Assembly: GCA_002269645.1 (NCBI GenBank)
Contig: NIVC01002942.1
Span: 1-64,000 of the forward strand
Length of the DNA stretch: 64,000 bases
From: Macrostomum lignano
Taxonomy: Eukaryota
Reading direction: 5' to 3'
Each line of letters starts with the position of its first letter. Position 1 is the stretch's first letter. Shown piece by piece: positions 1-10,425 of this stretch. The notes under the pieces were generated by a model that did not search any database, was not told the DNA's origin, and was given only the letters and a program-made list of their open reading frames with translations. Made by a program: the position numbers and the translations under genes.

Positions 1-1820
1 CCACAGTTAGTAATTTTATTGATGCATTGTTCAAGACACCACTTACTTCTTGACTGATAACCAACCTCTTTTATTAATTTGTGCTAGGGCTGGTTGTGGC
101 CTGTCTATTCTTATTGGTAAATTCAAAACATCAGGACTCAGTGGTGCTGCATAATCAGACCCTAGAGTTCTAAGAAGTAGGTTGTCCTCAACTCCCTTGC
201 CATTTCCACCAGCGCCATCAAACATTATAAAGTTTTCAACATTCTTACCCATTAGAGCTGTGGCTATAACGGATTCCCAACTTTTTCTATTTTCTGGATC
301 GGGATGAATTTGGTTATGCAGATTAACAATGAAGCCATAGTCGTAATCACTCACTCCAAGTACATCCGAGTAATTATATCCCACCGATTTAGTAACGTAA
401 TCGTCATATCTATACTCGCGAAACTCACCTGTAAGGAGGTCGTATACTCCATCGTTAAACCCTAGCAAATTCCATTTCATGTCGAATTCAATTTCATTGT
501 TAGTAAACCTCTCTTTGAACAAAGTAGTTACCTGTTTGAGTTTGTTGGCTCCTTGTATTGAATTTATATTCTTTATTGTACTCTGTAGTTTCTTTTCAAG
601 TGCTTTTAACTTCTCTTTATCATCAGCCGCCTTCTTAATTGCAATTTCGAGTCTAGTCTTTCGGTGGTTTAACTCACTGCTGACAAGTGTGATATTTTAA
701 GAAATATGTCATTTATACTACTTAGTTCTCTCCACTTATCATCATCAAAATAGTAAATACCATCGCTATTGTAAATTATATTATTCTTCTTATATTCATA
801 AACAAAGTTGGTTATATTAACGTCAGTGAAATTATCATCAAGAACTCAATCCTACCATAATAATCATATTTGCTTTTCCATTCCTTATATTTTTATAGTT
901 TTCTTCACTTGCCCATTTCTTAGTACCGATAGTAAGTCTGTCCTGTGCATCAGCAGAGCTGGTACTGGTGCTATTCCACACCTTTTTACATGATTCGGAA
1001 TCGAACTTATCATAATTTACTTTTGACCAATCAGTGAATACTTTGTACATTTCATCACCACTGTCTATGTCGCGGAGTATAAGTGCTACCTTGTACCAAG
1101 AATCATAGTCTTGGTTTTTGTGTTGTATTATACTTAACAACTTTGAAGCTCCTTCACAAGTGGGTGTGGAACGGTGCTTTTTAGTGCCTGTTTATCGGGT
1201 TCTTGTTTTCTTTTTTATCCTGTGGCTTTATTAATCTATTTATCTCATCAAGAATTACATCTCGCATGTCTATTAAACATTTGGACTTTGTACGTTTGTA
1301 TTCCTAATTTCACCATCGACATAATAGAAACCTGGTGGAGCAAATACTAAGGCGGGAATATCAAAACCCACACTTTGTTGAATCGTTACTTTCAATCCAT
1401 CTACTTTGTTAAAGTAAAAGTGGTGTCCCTTGTTTGTCTGAACAACCCAATCACAATGAGTCATACACAGTTCATTCAACTCAGGGCATAGGTCAGCATT
1501 ATCAATATCGATTACGGTTATATTTGAGTTTCTAGTATCTATCCAAATCATGTTGTCTACATCTGGTCGAAATGGTGGTGAGGTTGAATTCCTATCTGCT
1601 TTGTTGGCATTCCTGATGGTATTTTTTTCTTTGTTTTACTATTCCATGTTACACTGCAACTTCCGAATCTAAAATTAAGTTCTTCATAGAGATTAATTAG
1701 TTTATCGTACGATTTTGTTTGTTTTAAATTTGTCAATCTTGGTGGTGGGACATCATGTTTTGAAGCGGATCCTGTACGATCACAGGAGAGAAACTTGAAT
1801 CGTTTTGATTTTTTCTTTCC
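1..1820 (-). pseudogene. Prim-pol + PriCT-2 + D5-like SF3 helicase, broken by several frameshifts; runs off the left edge
   Basis: 1273-1551: TVIDID...QTNKGHHFYF (AEP prim-pol motifs). 838-1140: YDSWYKVALIL...FTDWS...W (PriCT-2). 43-522: LLGFNDGVYDL...DYVTKSVGYNY (D5-N) and Walker A GAGGNGKG. Confidence 0.85.
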
Positions 1821-2654
1821 ATTTTATTTAAAATAAATTTAACAATATAATTCATCAGTTTCAATGTACTTCTCAAGGGTTATGGGGAGTTTGAAAATGT
1901 TCAACTTAAGCATGACGAAAAATTCATCATTCCTTATGTGCTGTCTCGAAATCAATGCCCATTTATCAACATGTGCAAGATATACTCTGAATGAATACAA
2001 ATATGGGGGCATTTACAATCGCTGTGTTTTAATATTTCTGCTTTATATTCATCGTAAGCTTTATCAATTTCTTCAATTAGTCGAGCCTTTCGAGTGGTGT
2101 TTTTATTTGAGAGAAATTTATAATAGAATCATAATACTTTTGTGGCAGTGCATTTCGTACATTTGGGTTAGCTTCCATTTTTCTATGAAAAATTTAACAT
2201 TTTTGCTTTCTTTTGGGCAAATTTCTATAGATAATCCAACTTTAGCATTTTCTGTGTATCATTATACTTTGTCTTCTTAAATTTTCGCTACTTTTGCGCC
2301 TACTTCATTGGCAGCTTTTTTATTATTGACTGCCTTTGCGATTCCGGCAGCACCTGCCTGTCTTATGAGAGGTAGATTGTCTTTTAGTAAGTTGGAATGG
2401 TGCTTCTAGTATCAAAATACCTTCTCCATTGTACTCTAGGGCTCACCTATTGTATACTCTCTTAGCTTGCGTGGATCTGTAACGGGGCACATTTTTGTCT
2501 ATTTTTAGAAACAGAAAAATAAACACAGGAACAGAAAGACTTTCAGACACCAAAGGCCAAACTCCATTGGGCTAAATGTGGCCTGCTCAAAGCGATGATA
2601 TATTTGTTTAAATTATTACCTTAATAAATGTTTGATATCAAGTCATGTTGATAA

Positions 2655-2924
2655 TTATGGCGCATTAGATGGTTCTATATCAGCGCGGCATGTTGGGCAC
2701 CTAACCATGTTGCCCTCTTGAATTCCGGTGCGATAACATATTTCACAAACCACAGCTCGACAACATGCCATGGTAACGTTTGGTGGCCGTGGTTCGTGTT
2801 GGCAGATTGGACAAAGCCCTTGATTATTCCCCGGCTGAGCTGGATGGTTCTGTACTTGAGTCGGGTTATCCTCTGGTTGAATATCAGCTAGTTGGTGCTC
2901 CATATCTTGGCGATAAGCAACCAA
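2655..2924 (-). CDS. RING-finger protein (putative E3 ligase); may join the 3040-3231 ORF through frameshifts
   Basis: CPIC-x9-CC-x4-CxxC-x11-CPTCR RING-like pattern. Confidence 0.7.
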   Translation of the reverse strand: MVAYRQDMEHQLADIQPEDNPTQVQNHPAQPGNNQGLCPICQHEPRPPNVTMACCRAVVCEICYRTGIQEGNMVRCPTCRADIEPSNAP

Positions 2925-3338
2925 GCGCCTCTCTGCTTCTTGAACGCGACGTTTTTGAAGATAGTAGTTCTAGGAAAGGGTTTGGTGCGCTCGTATATGA
3001 TTTTTGTAAACTTAAAACCTTATAATGTAAAAACACTTTTTAACTAACCTTTAGCTGATTAAAGAAGCGCTCTTCATTAGCCAAATTTTGTGGGTTATAC
3101 TCCAAAAAGATGTTGATGGCAATATCTCTAAACATTGAGTTCCTATGGTGTTGTCGCAAATTTCGCTCACGAATTCTAAGAGTTGCTCTAGCGGCAGTAA
3201 GCCTCTCGTGCAAATTCGAGAAAGAAGGCATTGTAGGAATGATATTTGTAAGAAGGTAAAGTTAGTAGAGAAAAATTACTAGACCTTGCCGCTCGTGGCC
3301 ATTCATTTATATATTTTTATGACAAAACGTCAGACCCC

Positions 3339-3439
3339 GCATTCCATTCAGACCAAAACACGAGACCAATTTTTATCTTTTTATTTTTCGAAATTTTCTT
3401 CTCGCGTTTTGGTCTCGCGTTTTGGTCTGAATGGAATGC
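3339..3439. repeat. 31-bp inverted repeat with a 39-nt AT-rich spacer
   Basis: GCATTCCATTCAGACCAAAACACGAGACCAA (3339-3369) pairs with TTGGTCTCGCGTTTTGGTCTGAATGGAATGC (3409-3439), 1 mismatch. Confidence 0.9.
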
Positions 3440-3444
3440 ATGAC

Positions 3445-3930
3445 TCAGTGTAGCAAGAGTATAAGATAAAAAATATAAAACCCCGAATTCCTGTGTTAGT
3501 CATCGAGTGAAGTTTGCCTACTTGCTTTGCTATCTTGGTCGGACAATAGCCGACCATATTGTTGCGGTGCGAGCTTGCTTCTGTGTAGCAAGAGTAGATG
3601 AAAAATATAAAACCCCGAATTCCTGTGTTAGTCATCGAGTGAAGTTTGCCTACTTGCTTTACTATCTTGGTCGGACAATAGCCGACCATATTGTTGCGGT
3701 GCGAGCTTGCTTCTGTGTAGCAAGAGTATAAGATAAAAAATATACAACCCCGAATTCCTGCGTTACTCATTGAGTAAAGTTTGCCTACTTGCTTTGCTAC
3801 GGTGGTTGGACAATAGCCGACCATATTATTGCTCTGCGAGATTGCTTCTGTGTGTAGCAAAAGTAGATGAAAAATATACAACCCCGAATTCCTGCGTTAG
3901 TCACTGAGTGAAGTTTGCCTACTTGCCAGC
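3445..3930. repeat. Tandem repeat of 132-135 bp, about 3.5 copies, inside the element
   Basis: CCCCGAATTCC recurs at 3481, 3613, 3748 and 3882; units carry the hairpin GGTCGG-N7-CCGACC. Confidence 0.9.
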
Positions 3931-4021
3931 TTCCTAAGATAGTAATTTTTTGTTTATTGACCCCGTTGGGAGTTTTTGTACTTATGTTGTGTTTTTATGG
4001 TGACTATGGTATTATGTCTAA

Positions 4022-5399
4022 TTATGTGACAATTATGTCTAAAATCGGATAAAGTTGAAAGCCTGAAACAATAAGAACAGTTGATCCTTCAGTGGCTGAA
4101 TTAATATGCACTCTATAACCGGAGAATTTTTCGGTGGAAGCTACTTCAAAATATTTCATCACTCCAGGAACTAAACCAGCATTTTCGGTAGAAAAAATAT
4201 TCCTAAAGTCTCTCTTGTTATTGCTCCCTTTCAGAATAAAACTTTTTGGTTGATTTTTTATAATTTCACTACCTACTGCTTTGGTTCCTTTCAATCCGAA
4301 TTTCCAAATTTGAATAGATTCAGGAAGTTGTACTTCAATGTAAGAATTGGGTTCATTCCTCGATGCCCATTCTGAATTAGATACTATATAACCCCAATTA
4401 TCTGACGTTTCAAATGCTCCTGATGACGCTACATTGAAACCCCTTTCTCTATAGTTTTGACGTGTTGCTAGTGAGGGAATATATCCTGTATAAGATTTGA
4501 AACCTAGTCCCCGCCTTAGTCGCAGCTCCACTGATTCAAGTGCATTGTCTACGTATAGCTTTGGTACAGCTTGAAGTCTATCTATAGGCCACACTAAATC
4601 ATTAACCACTGTTTGTCTCTCAAGTAATTCAACTTTTGTAAGCTTTACGGAACCAGAAAAATTAAGAGAATAATGGAAATAATATGAGGGTTTGGGTATT
4701 TTTTTCCTAAGATGTGCATTGCCCCTTCGTAGTTCAATGGGTGCACTTTGTTCAACAGGTGTCCAGTTTGTTCCATTTAGGCTCACACTAACAGACCAAC
4801 CAGGCCACACCTCTCCTTCCAACTTTATCTCTACAACTTTCCTAGCTCTTTTCAAAATTGAAATCGTATCCACTTGTCTGAGTCATCTGCACTGCTCCAT
4901 TCTGAAGCGGGTTTGAATCTGCAACATGATATGCTGCTGAAGAGTTATGAGAAGCGGTCACTTTCATGTCAGGATGGGAAGCGTTTGAAGTCAGTAATGA
5001 AAGAATATTGACTAATTTCGAACTCTCTGTACCTCCCGCAGTACCTTGCCTTTCTGCTAACAAAGTGTCAATCTCAGTTTTAGAATACATCTTAGTGTCA
5101 ATTTCGGTTTTAGAATACATCTTAGTGTCAGTTTCGGTTTTTGTGTAGACATTGTTTACGCGCCCATGAGCATCGTCAATTAATTGTAGCATGGTGATAT
5201 TCATTGCGTCACTATCTTCCTTTGAATAAGAGTCTGAAACATTTCTCTTTGCTAACAATAAATTATCTATTTCCTCTCTCTTATATCCTTCATTTTCATT
5301 GATGTATCGATCATCAGCTAACGCTATTGTTATTCCAGGTGCTATATCATTTGAATTTGACGAGTAACCAAATTGATTAGCAGTATTCTTGTAACTCAT
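4022..5399 (-). CDS. Fibre-like / receptor-binding protein with YSKTEID repeats and F5/8C (discoidin)-like domains; frameshifted near 4860-4920
   Basis: YTKTETDTKM/YSKTEIDTKM/YSKTEIDTLL stalk repeats. C-terminal SEWAS...YIEVQLP...IWKFGLKG...PKSFILKGSNN...YRVHI. A second discoidin start (SEWSSADDSDKWIRFQF) is present in another frame. Confidence 0.6.
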
Positions 5400-5827
5400 T
5401 TTAATTGCTGCAAAATTTCATTATAGCTATCTCCTTTATCGATTCGATGTAAAAAGTACAGCGACATTTGACCACAAAATTTCTTATCTAAAGTTTGAAT
5501 TTGTTCTTCCATGTCTCCACATATTCTATTCTTTGTGTGATTAAACTTTTCCATAATTTCCAGTGTGGGCGGTAGTGCATAGGAATCAAAAAAATAAACC
5601 TTATCATGAGCTGAAAAGATAGCTGAATGATGTATACCCCGTTCTTTCGAAGTGTGAATATTTGTCATAAAGTAACCATACTGTGGTAAATCAACAATTT
5701 CATCTCTCATGGCATAGCGAAATGGTTTTAACTTGAGATATTTTGCCCAATTTATCAGATCAATATTAGTCGTAGTGTCAGTCCCAAACTTTTGTTTAAA
5801 TGCATTCCATGTCTCAGCTTCGCTCAT
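5396..5827 (-). CDS. Adenain-like (Ulp1-fold) cysteine maturation protease
   Basis: GIHHSAI...YFFDSYALPP...QIQ...FCGQMSLYFL (His, Asp, Gln, Cys); ATG at 5827 in TAAAAATG context. Confidence 0.88.
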   Translation of the reverse strand: MSEAETWNAFKQKFGTDTTTNIDLINWAKYLKLKPFRYAMRDEIVDLPQYGYFMTNIHTSKERGIHHSAIFSAHDKVYFFDSYALPPTLEIMEKFNHTKNRICGDMEEQIQTLDKKFCGQMSLYFLHRIDKGDSYNEILQQLK

Positions 5828-5836
5828 TTTTAACAC

Positions 5837-6627
5837 TCATATTTGTCGTACGTGTAGATTTATAAATATTTCCTCGCCATCAAAGTCGTATAGAACACCA
5901 GACTCATCTTCGATGACAAAGTCGAATGTGCTCAACATGTTTGTAGTTAGTGGTAGGTACACAGGATTTGCAGGCTCTTGAATAATTTTACTTCCCATTG
6001 GGACAGAGAACGATGGAATTGAAAGAAGTATTTGCTTATCAATTAAATGATTTCCATTGGCTGGATCAGTGATAAAACCCCCTTTGATATTGAGACAACG
6101 AACCATGATCGCACTTCTAGCTCCGTCTATCCGAGCTGGATTTGGAGCTCTCTCAAATGGTTTCAAATACACTTCCGAATTGAATCCCAACAGTCTTCTA
6201 AAGTTATTGGAATGTGCATCCCTGAAATCAACTTGATACTCTGTGGCTAACCGTAACTCAACCCTACGCGTGTCTAGGCTTGCACTGAAAACAATAGCCC
6301 CTCTTTCCAATCATTTGCAGCTGTTAGCAATCTTTGAATCTCGCTTGACAGACTTTTAACTTCCCAAGATCCTGCTTGAATCTTTATTTTCTTCCATGTT
6401 CTACCACTATCCCTCGAGTATCGCAACTCATTATTGCCTCCTTCAATATTGTTAATAGCATCAAAGACTGCAAACTTTTTTATACCAGCTTCGTATTCTC
6501 GATCTTCATACAAATTTATCGGAGTGCCTAGAGTTTGTCGAAATGGGTTTTTAATTGAAAAGAAGTCAAATGTGCGTTGAAACTTTTTACTCAAGAGGAT
6601 GTTGACTTTTTCTATTTCTTTTTCCAT
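5837..6627 (-). CDS. Minor capsid protein (penton), one frameshift near 6290-6300
   Basis: Joining the 6274-6627 and 5837-6310 ORFs gives INNI..GNNELRY...IKIQAGSWEV...YQVDF...RLLGF...EPANPVYLP...FDGE, typical of Polinton pentons; lies next to the protease and ATPase. Confidence 0.8.
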
Positions 6628-6629
6628 TT

Positions 6630-7359
6630 TTAAGCAAGTAATTCTACTAGCTCTTTATCAACATTGTTATGTCCCTCTGCTTTTGCGGCTAGTAATGTCA
6701 ACACTCTTTCACTGAGTCCAGATCCCGGTTTTACTCGATATCCTGGTGGATTATCTTTCAATATCCTTACTGCTTGCTTATAATTCCCACTTGATTTGGC
6801 CGCTGGATTTTTACAGTGTTCAATGAGGTTAACATAATCCTGCAATGTTTGCATCTTGAATTGCTTCAGCTCTTCACCATTTTCAGTTACTTTAGGCATT
6901 TTGAACAACTCTTCAAGATCTTCAGAAAATGGCATTCGGAATTCGTTGACAATGATGTCCGACCTTGTTCATGGAATTCAACCTCTATTACAGATGATCC
7001 AAATATATATCCAGCATCAGTTTTTTGAATCCGTATACTAGGCGCTGGTCTTTGAGTTATTGGAATCTTTCCAATTTCTTCAATTATTTTGTCAAATACT
7101 TCCAGAGGTTCAAATCGTCCTTTTGGTGTACTTAATTGCGGAACTGGAACTTTTTGATTCTGAAGTTTATCAACAAGGTTGGCATTGAATCAATAAATTC
7201 ATCAAGCTTTTCTGTGACAGGTTTTTGAGCTAATGGAGCCACTCTTGCATATAAACTCTCTTCTCCAATTTTCAAATAGCGTTGAGCATCATTTCTGGAT
7301 TTGTACGTTTCTCGCTGCTTTGCTAAATTAATGAGTTCTCTTATATATTCATTAGTCAT
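6630..7359 (-). CDS. Conserved Polinton hypothetical protein, probably one ORF split by frameshifts
   Basis: Contiguous coding segments in shifting frames between ATPase and penton; FSEDLEELF...YVNLI...KPGSGL segment. Confidence 0.45.
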
Positions 7360-7361
7360 TT

Positions 7362-8135
7362 TTACAATGGGATTTTAGTTAGAACATCCTTATACAAATC
7401 TTGCTCATCCTCATCAGCTCTTGTATTTATATAGATATAGCCATACTTCTTTTTCCAAGCCTCTCTACATTTAGCCTTGAATATAGCGGGTTCATAATTC
7501 GTTTCTATATTTCTAGCAATGTGATTTAAGTTTGTATCTTTTTGTTTAAAGATTATGTAACATGTCGTATTCTCCCTGACAGTATTGCGATCTAGTTTGG
7601 TAAAATTTTGAGCTAGATAAAAACCACAACAGTTTCCATGCCTGCCTCTCTGAAACAGACTTTCCTGAAATGTTTGATTAGCCTCTCCCAAAACATCGTC
7701 CAATATCACACATGTCTTTAGTCCATTATGAAAAATTTCTTCATTTGGAGTATGGGAAAGAGTGACAGGAATTTTCTCTATTACTTCTGAATTTTCTGAT
7801 GTGCTTTGCACTCGACCAGGGTTGGCTGCCTCTCGACAAATATGTCTAATATCTTCAGGAGATGCATCCTCACTCACCTGGTAGACATGATAGAGTGAGT
7901 TGATAAGAGAAGGTGGGAGACCATTTTCAAAGCCATATTTTAGAAACTGATACTCTGGATCCATTTGAGATGCTCTGGGAACATATAAAACTAACTCATT
8001 AAAGTCAACTAGTTTTTCAGGACTTGTAAGAATATGGAATAGTAAATATGTTTTACCCGTATTTGTAGCGCCGATAATACAACATAAAAGAGGATTAGGG
8101 AAAATAGGATCATGCTGAAATTTTACTTTGGGCAT
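7362..8135 (-). CDS. A32/FtsK-like DNA packaging ATPase
   Basis: Walker A GATNTGKT, Walker B CVILDD, arginine finger RGRH, YLAQ motif; intact 257 aa. Confidence 0.93.
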   Translation of the reverse strand: MPKVKFQHDPIFPNPLLCCIIGATNTGKTYLLFHILTSPEKLVDFNELVLYVPRASQMDPEYQFLKYGFENGLPPSLINSLYHVYQVSEDASPEDIRHICREAANPGRVQSTSENSEVIEKIPVTLSHTPNEEIFHNGLKTCVILDDVLGEANQTFQESLFQRGRHGNCCGFYLAQNFTKLDRNTVRENTTCYIIFKQKDTNLNHIARNIETNYEPAIFKAKCREAWKKKYGYIYINTRADEDEQDLYKDVLTKIPL

Positions 8136-8156
8136 TTAAAAAAAGAAAAAATGACC

Positions 8157-9521
8157 TTATTCGACGCGGGTCATTTGATATTCACTGGTAACTTTTATTA
8201 CATTCTTTGTTTGTTCAAGAATTAGTGCAAAAGCAGTCAGCTCAACATTTGTTGACTTCTTGATAAATAATTGAATATTCACTCCACTCTTGACCAGAAA
8301 CTCATCTTGAGCTGTTAGATCAAAGCAAAAGATTGGATAGATGGTTAGAAAGTCTTGTTTATTGAATGGAGGAGTTACACCGAAACGGCTGCAGATGTCT
8401 TCGTACATTTCATACGCTCTGTGAATGTCTTGAGCTACTGGATCAATTTCAACATAATCATTCGGATACATCACCTGATTTAATCTGACTTGAAGCTGGG
8501 TTATTTTCACTGCATTTGCTCCAGTTTTGTAAGACACATACTTGTGATCATTAACTATATATGATGGGTTGTTTACGTCATATTTGAAAGCTACAAAGAT
8601 TGCAAGTGGCATATTGGAGATGTTGGCTATGTTCCATGTATATGGACTTCCTTGAATGAGTTGTGGTGGAACCGTTACCCTCTCTGGAAATGATACTGTA
8701 ATGTCCTTGTTGAGTGATTTTAGAAAAGCTGCTTCAGCACTGGGTGACAAAGTAATAGCAGGGATCCAAATCTCAAAGCTATTAATAGTTAACTTAGCTT
8801 CCGTCCCGGCAGCTCCAAAGAAAATTTCAGCATCGTTAGTCTTTCTTGTCCATGTGAATTTATATTTAATTCCTTTGCTAATCTTCTGCCAATCAAGGAA
8901 CCCAATGAGAGGTGTTAATGATAGTTTGATTGTTCCACCTCTGTTTGGAGCATTAGTGACATTGTTATAATTTTCAAGCCTCCTAATGTATCCAGTATTC
9001 GAATCCTTCTTATTGAGTCTATTTTTCATAGCGATTGCTGCAGTTCTCACAGCTTCAGCATCTGCGTTGTTTGCTAGAGGTATATCAGAAACAGTCCCAG
9101 CATCTCCAGTGTCTGGAATCCATCCGTATGCTTCTCCAACTTCATTCATTAATTTTGAGTACATTACGGACTTTAAGATTGTGTCATACTCTCCAGGATC
9201 ATTATAGACTTTCTTTGTTCCTCCAATGTCAACTATGAGTTGAGAGAAAAGTCTCATAGGCCAATTATGTTCTAGAGTAATGTTCGTATTCAAGTCGGTG
9301 TTATCTCGTTGTGTTATTGAGTATTTTATACAACCGAATGCCTCTGACATGAGAATGTATGACTCTGTTGAATTGACTTCATGAACTATTTGACCTCCTG
9401 CAACATTGAGATTATTAGTGCTACCTGGAGTTGGAGAAATCTTAATATAGTCTTCTTTCTTTTTGAAAAAGCTAAAAGTTTTGTCCTCATATATGCTCAG
9501 TATATCCTTTTTGTTCTCCAT
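8157..9521 (-). CDS. Major capsid protein (Polinton/adintovirus hexon-like)
   Basis: Intact 454 aa; TNNLNVAGGQI...ITLEHNWPMRLFSQL...PGEYDTIL and C-terminal YPIFCFDLT; position in the morphogenesis block. Confidence 0.85.
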   Translation of the reverse strand: MENKKDILSIYEDKTFSFFKKKEDYIKISPTPGSTNNLNVAGGQIVHEVNSTESYILMSEAFGCIKYSITQRDNTDLNTNITLEHNWPMRLFSQLIVDIGGTKKVYNDPGEYDTILKSVMYSKLMNEVGEAYGWIPDTGDAGTVSDIPLANNADAEAVRTAAIAMKNRLNKKDSNTGYIRRLENYNNVTNAPNRGGTIKLSLTPLIGFLDWQKISKGIKYKFTWTRKTNDAEIFFGAAGTEAKLTINSFEIWIPAITLSPSAEAAFLKSLNKDITVSFPERVTVPPQLIQGSPYTWNIANISNMPLAIFVAFKYDVNNPSYIVNDHKYVSYKTGANAVKITQLQVRLNQVMYPNDYVEIDPVAQDIHRAYEMYEDICSRFGVTPPFNKQDFLTIYPIFCFDLTAQDEFLVKSGVNIQLFIKKSTNVELTAFALILEQTKNVIKVTSEYQMTRVE

Positions 9522-9541
9522 TTTTATAAGAGAAATTTCAA

Positions 9542-9994
9542 CTAAGCTTCATGAGGTCTAAGAATTATCCCATTACCCTGTTTCTCCTTTTCAACTTTAA
9601 ACGTCTTTAGCAGCCACTTGACTGCTTCGCTGGGTACTTGTTCGACTCTTTTAGCCGCATCAACTAATACTCCACTCCCTTGAGCCTTTTTCAACTCTTC
9701 TAGTTTTTGCCGTTCAATGCTTTCTATTGTCTTATTATGTTTAGCATTGTTGGCTGTATTAACACTTTTTGCAATCATTGTACCAACTCCTGAGGCTGCT
9801 CCGATACCACCCAAAATTGCTGGTAGTAAGCCTAATAGAGGAATTATTCCACCTTCATGTTCTTTCTGTTTCTCTTGCAATTCTCGAATCTTCTCTTTAG
9901 AAAGATATTGCTTTTGCTTATTTACAGTAACATATCTTGGTTTTCCCTCTCGAACATATCGATTGAGTCTTGCTTCAGTGTTTTTCTCGCTCAT
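9542..9994 (-). CDS. Small basic virion core/membrane-active protein
   Basis: EGGIIPLLGLLPAILGGIGAASGVGTMIAKSV amphipathic segment followed by a coiled coil and QGSG/QGNG motifs, as in Polinton small structural ORFs. Confidence 0.6.
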   Translation of the reverse strand: MSEKNTEARLNRYVREGKPRYVTVNKQKQYLSKEKIRELQEKQKEHEGGIIPLLGLLPAILGGIGAASGVGTMIAKSVNTANNAKHNKTIESIERQKLEELKKAQGSGVLVDAAKRVEQVPSEAVKWLLKTFKVEKEKQGNGIILRPHEA

Positions 9995-10002
9995 TTTTAA
10001 GG

Positions 10003-10425
10003 TCAGAATTTCTTCAAACCATTGCCTTGTCTCAAAGACACTTGAGACTGTTCTGCTGTTCCTAGAGCCTTTTTAACAATATCTTGAATAGCCTTATTTG
10101 ATTGAGAAGCTATCTGTTGCTCTTCTTCCATTCTTTTCTTTGCTTCTTTATCTCTACGTTTCTTTTTAATATATTCCAGTTCCTCACCTGCTTTAGACAT
10201 GTCACTGTATGATTTCTTCGCATCGAATATGTTCTTCGCTGTGGTAGCTGTTTTACCTATTGCATCAGCTCCACTCACAATTTTACTTCCATGATTTGAT
10301 AAAAAGTTTGTGACACCACTGATCATATCACCAATTCCTTCACCCTCTTTATCAGCTAGTAGTTGTGAATCAGACGTTTCAATCTGACCTTTCGCCCGTT
10401 TGCAGTTTGTTCGATAGGCGCTCAT
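10003..10425 (-). CDS. Small virion core protein
   Basis: EGEGIGDMISG..., lysine-rich C-half, terminal QGNGLKKF; ATG at 10425 in TAAAAATG context. Confidence 0.55.
   Translation of the reverse strand: MSAYRTNCKRAKGQIETSDSQLLADKEGEGIGDMISGVTNFLSNHGSKIVSGADAIGKTATTAKNIFDAKKSYSDMSKAGEELEYIKKKRRDKEAKKRMEEEQQIASQSNKAIQDIVKKALGTAEQSQVSLRQGNGLKKF

Noticed and set aside
1864-2280. Plus-strand 138-aa ORF in the element
   Set aside because: Opposite to all viral genes, lacks the TAAAATG context and has no motif; a degraded minus-strand ORF is more likely.
2280-2492. Small core-protein-like gene (MCPVTDP...GEGIL...AGIAKAVN)
   Set aside because: Needs at least two frameshifts to assemble; too weak to call.
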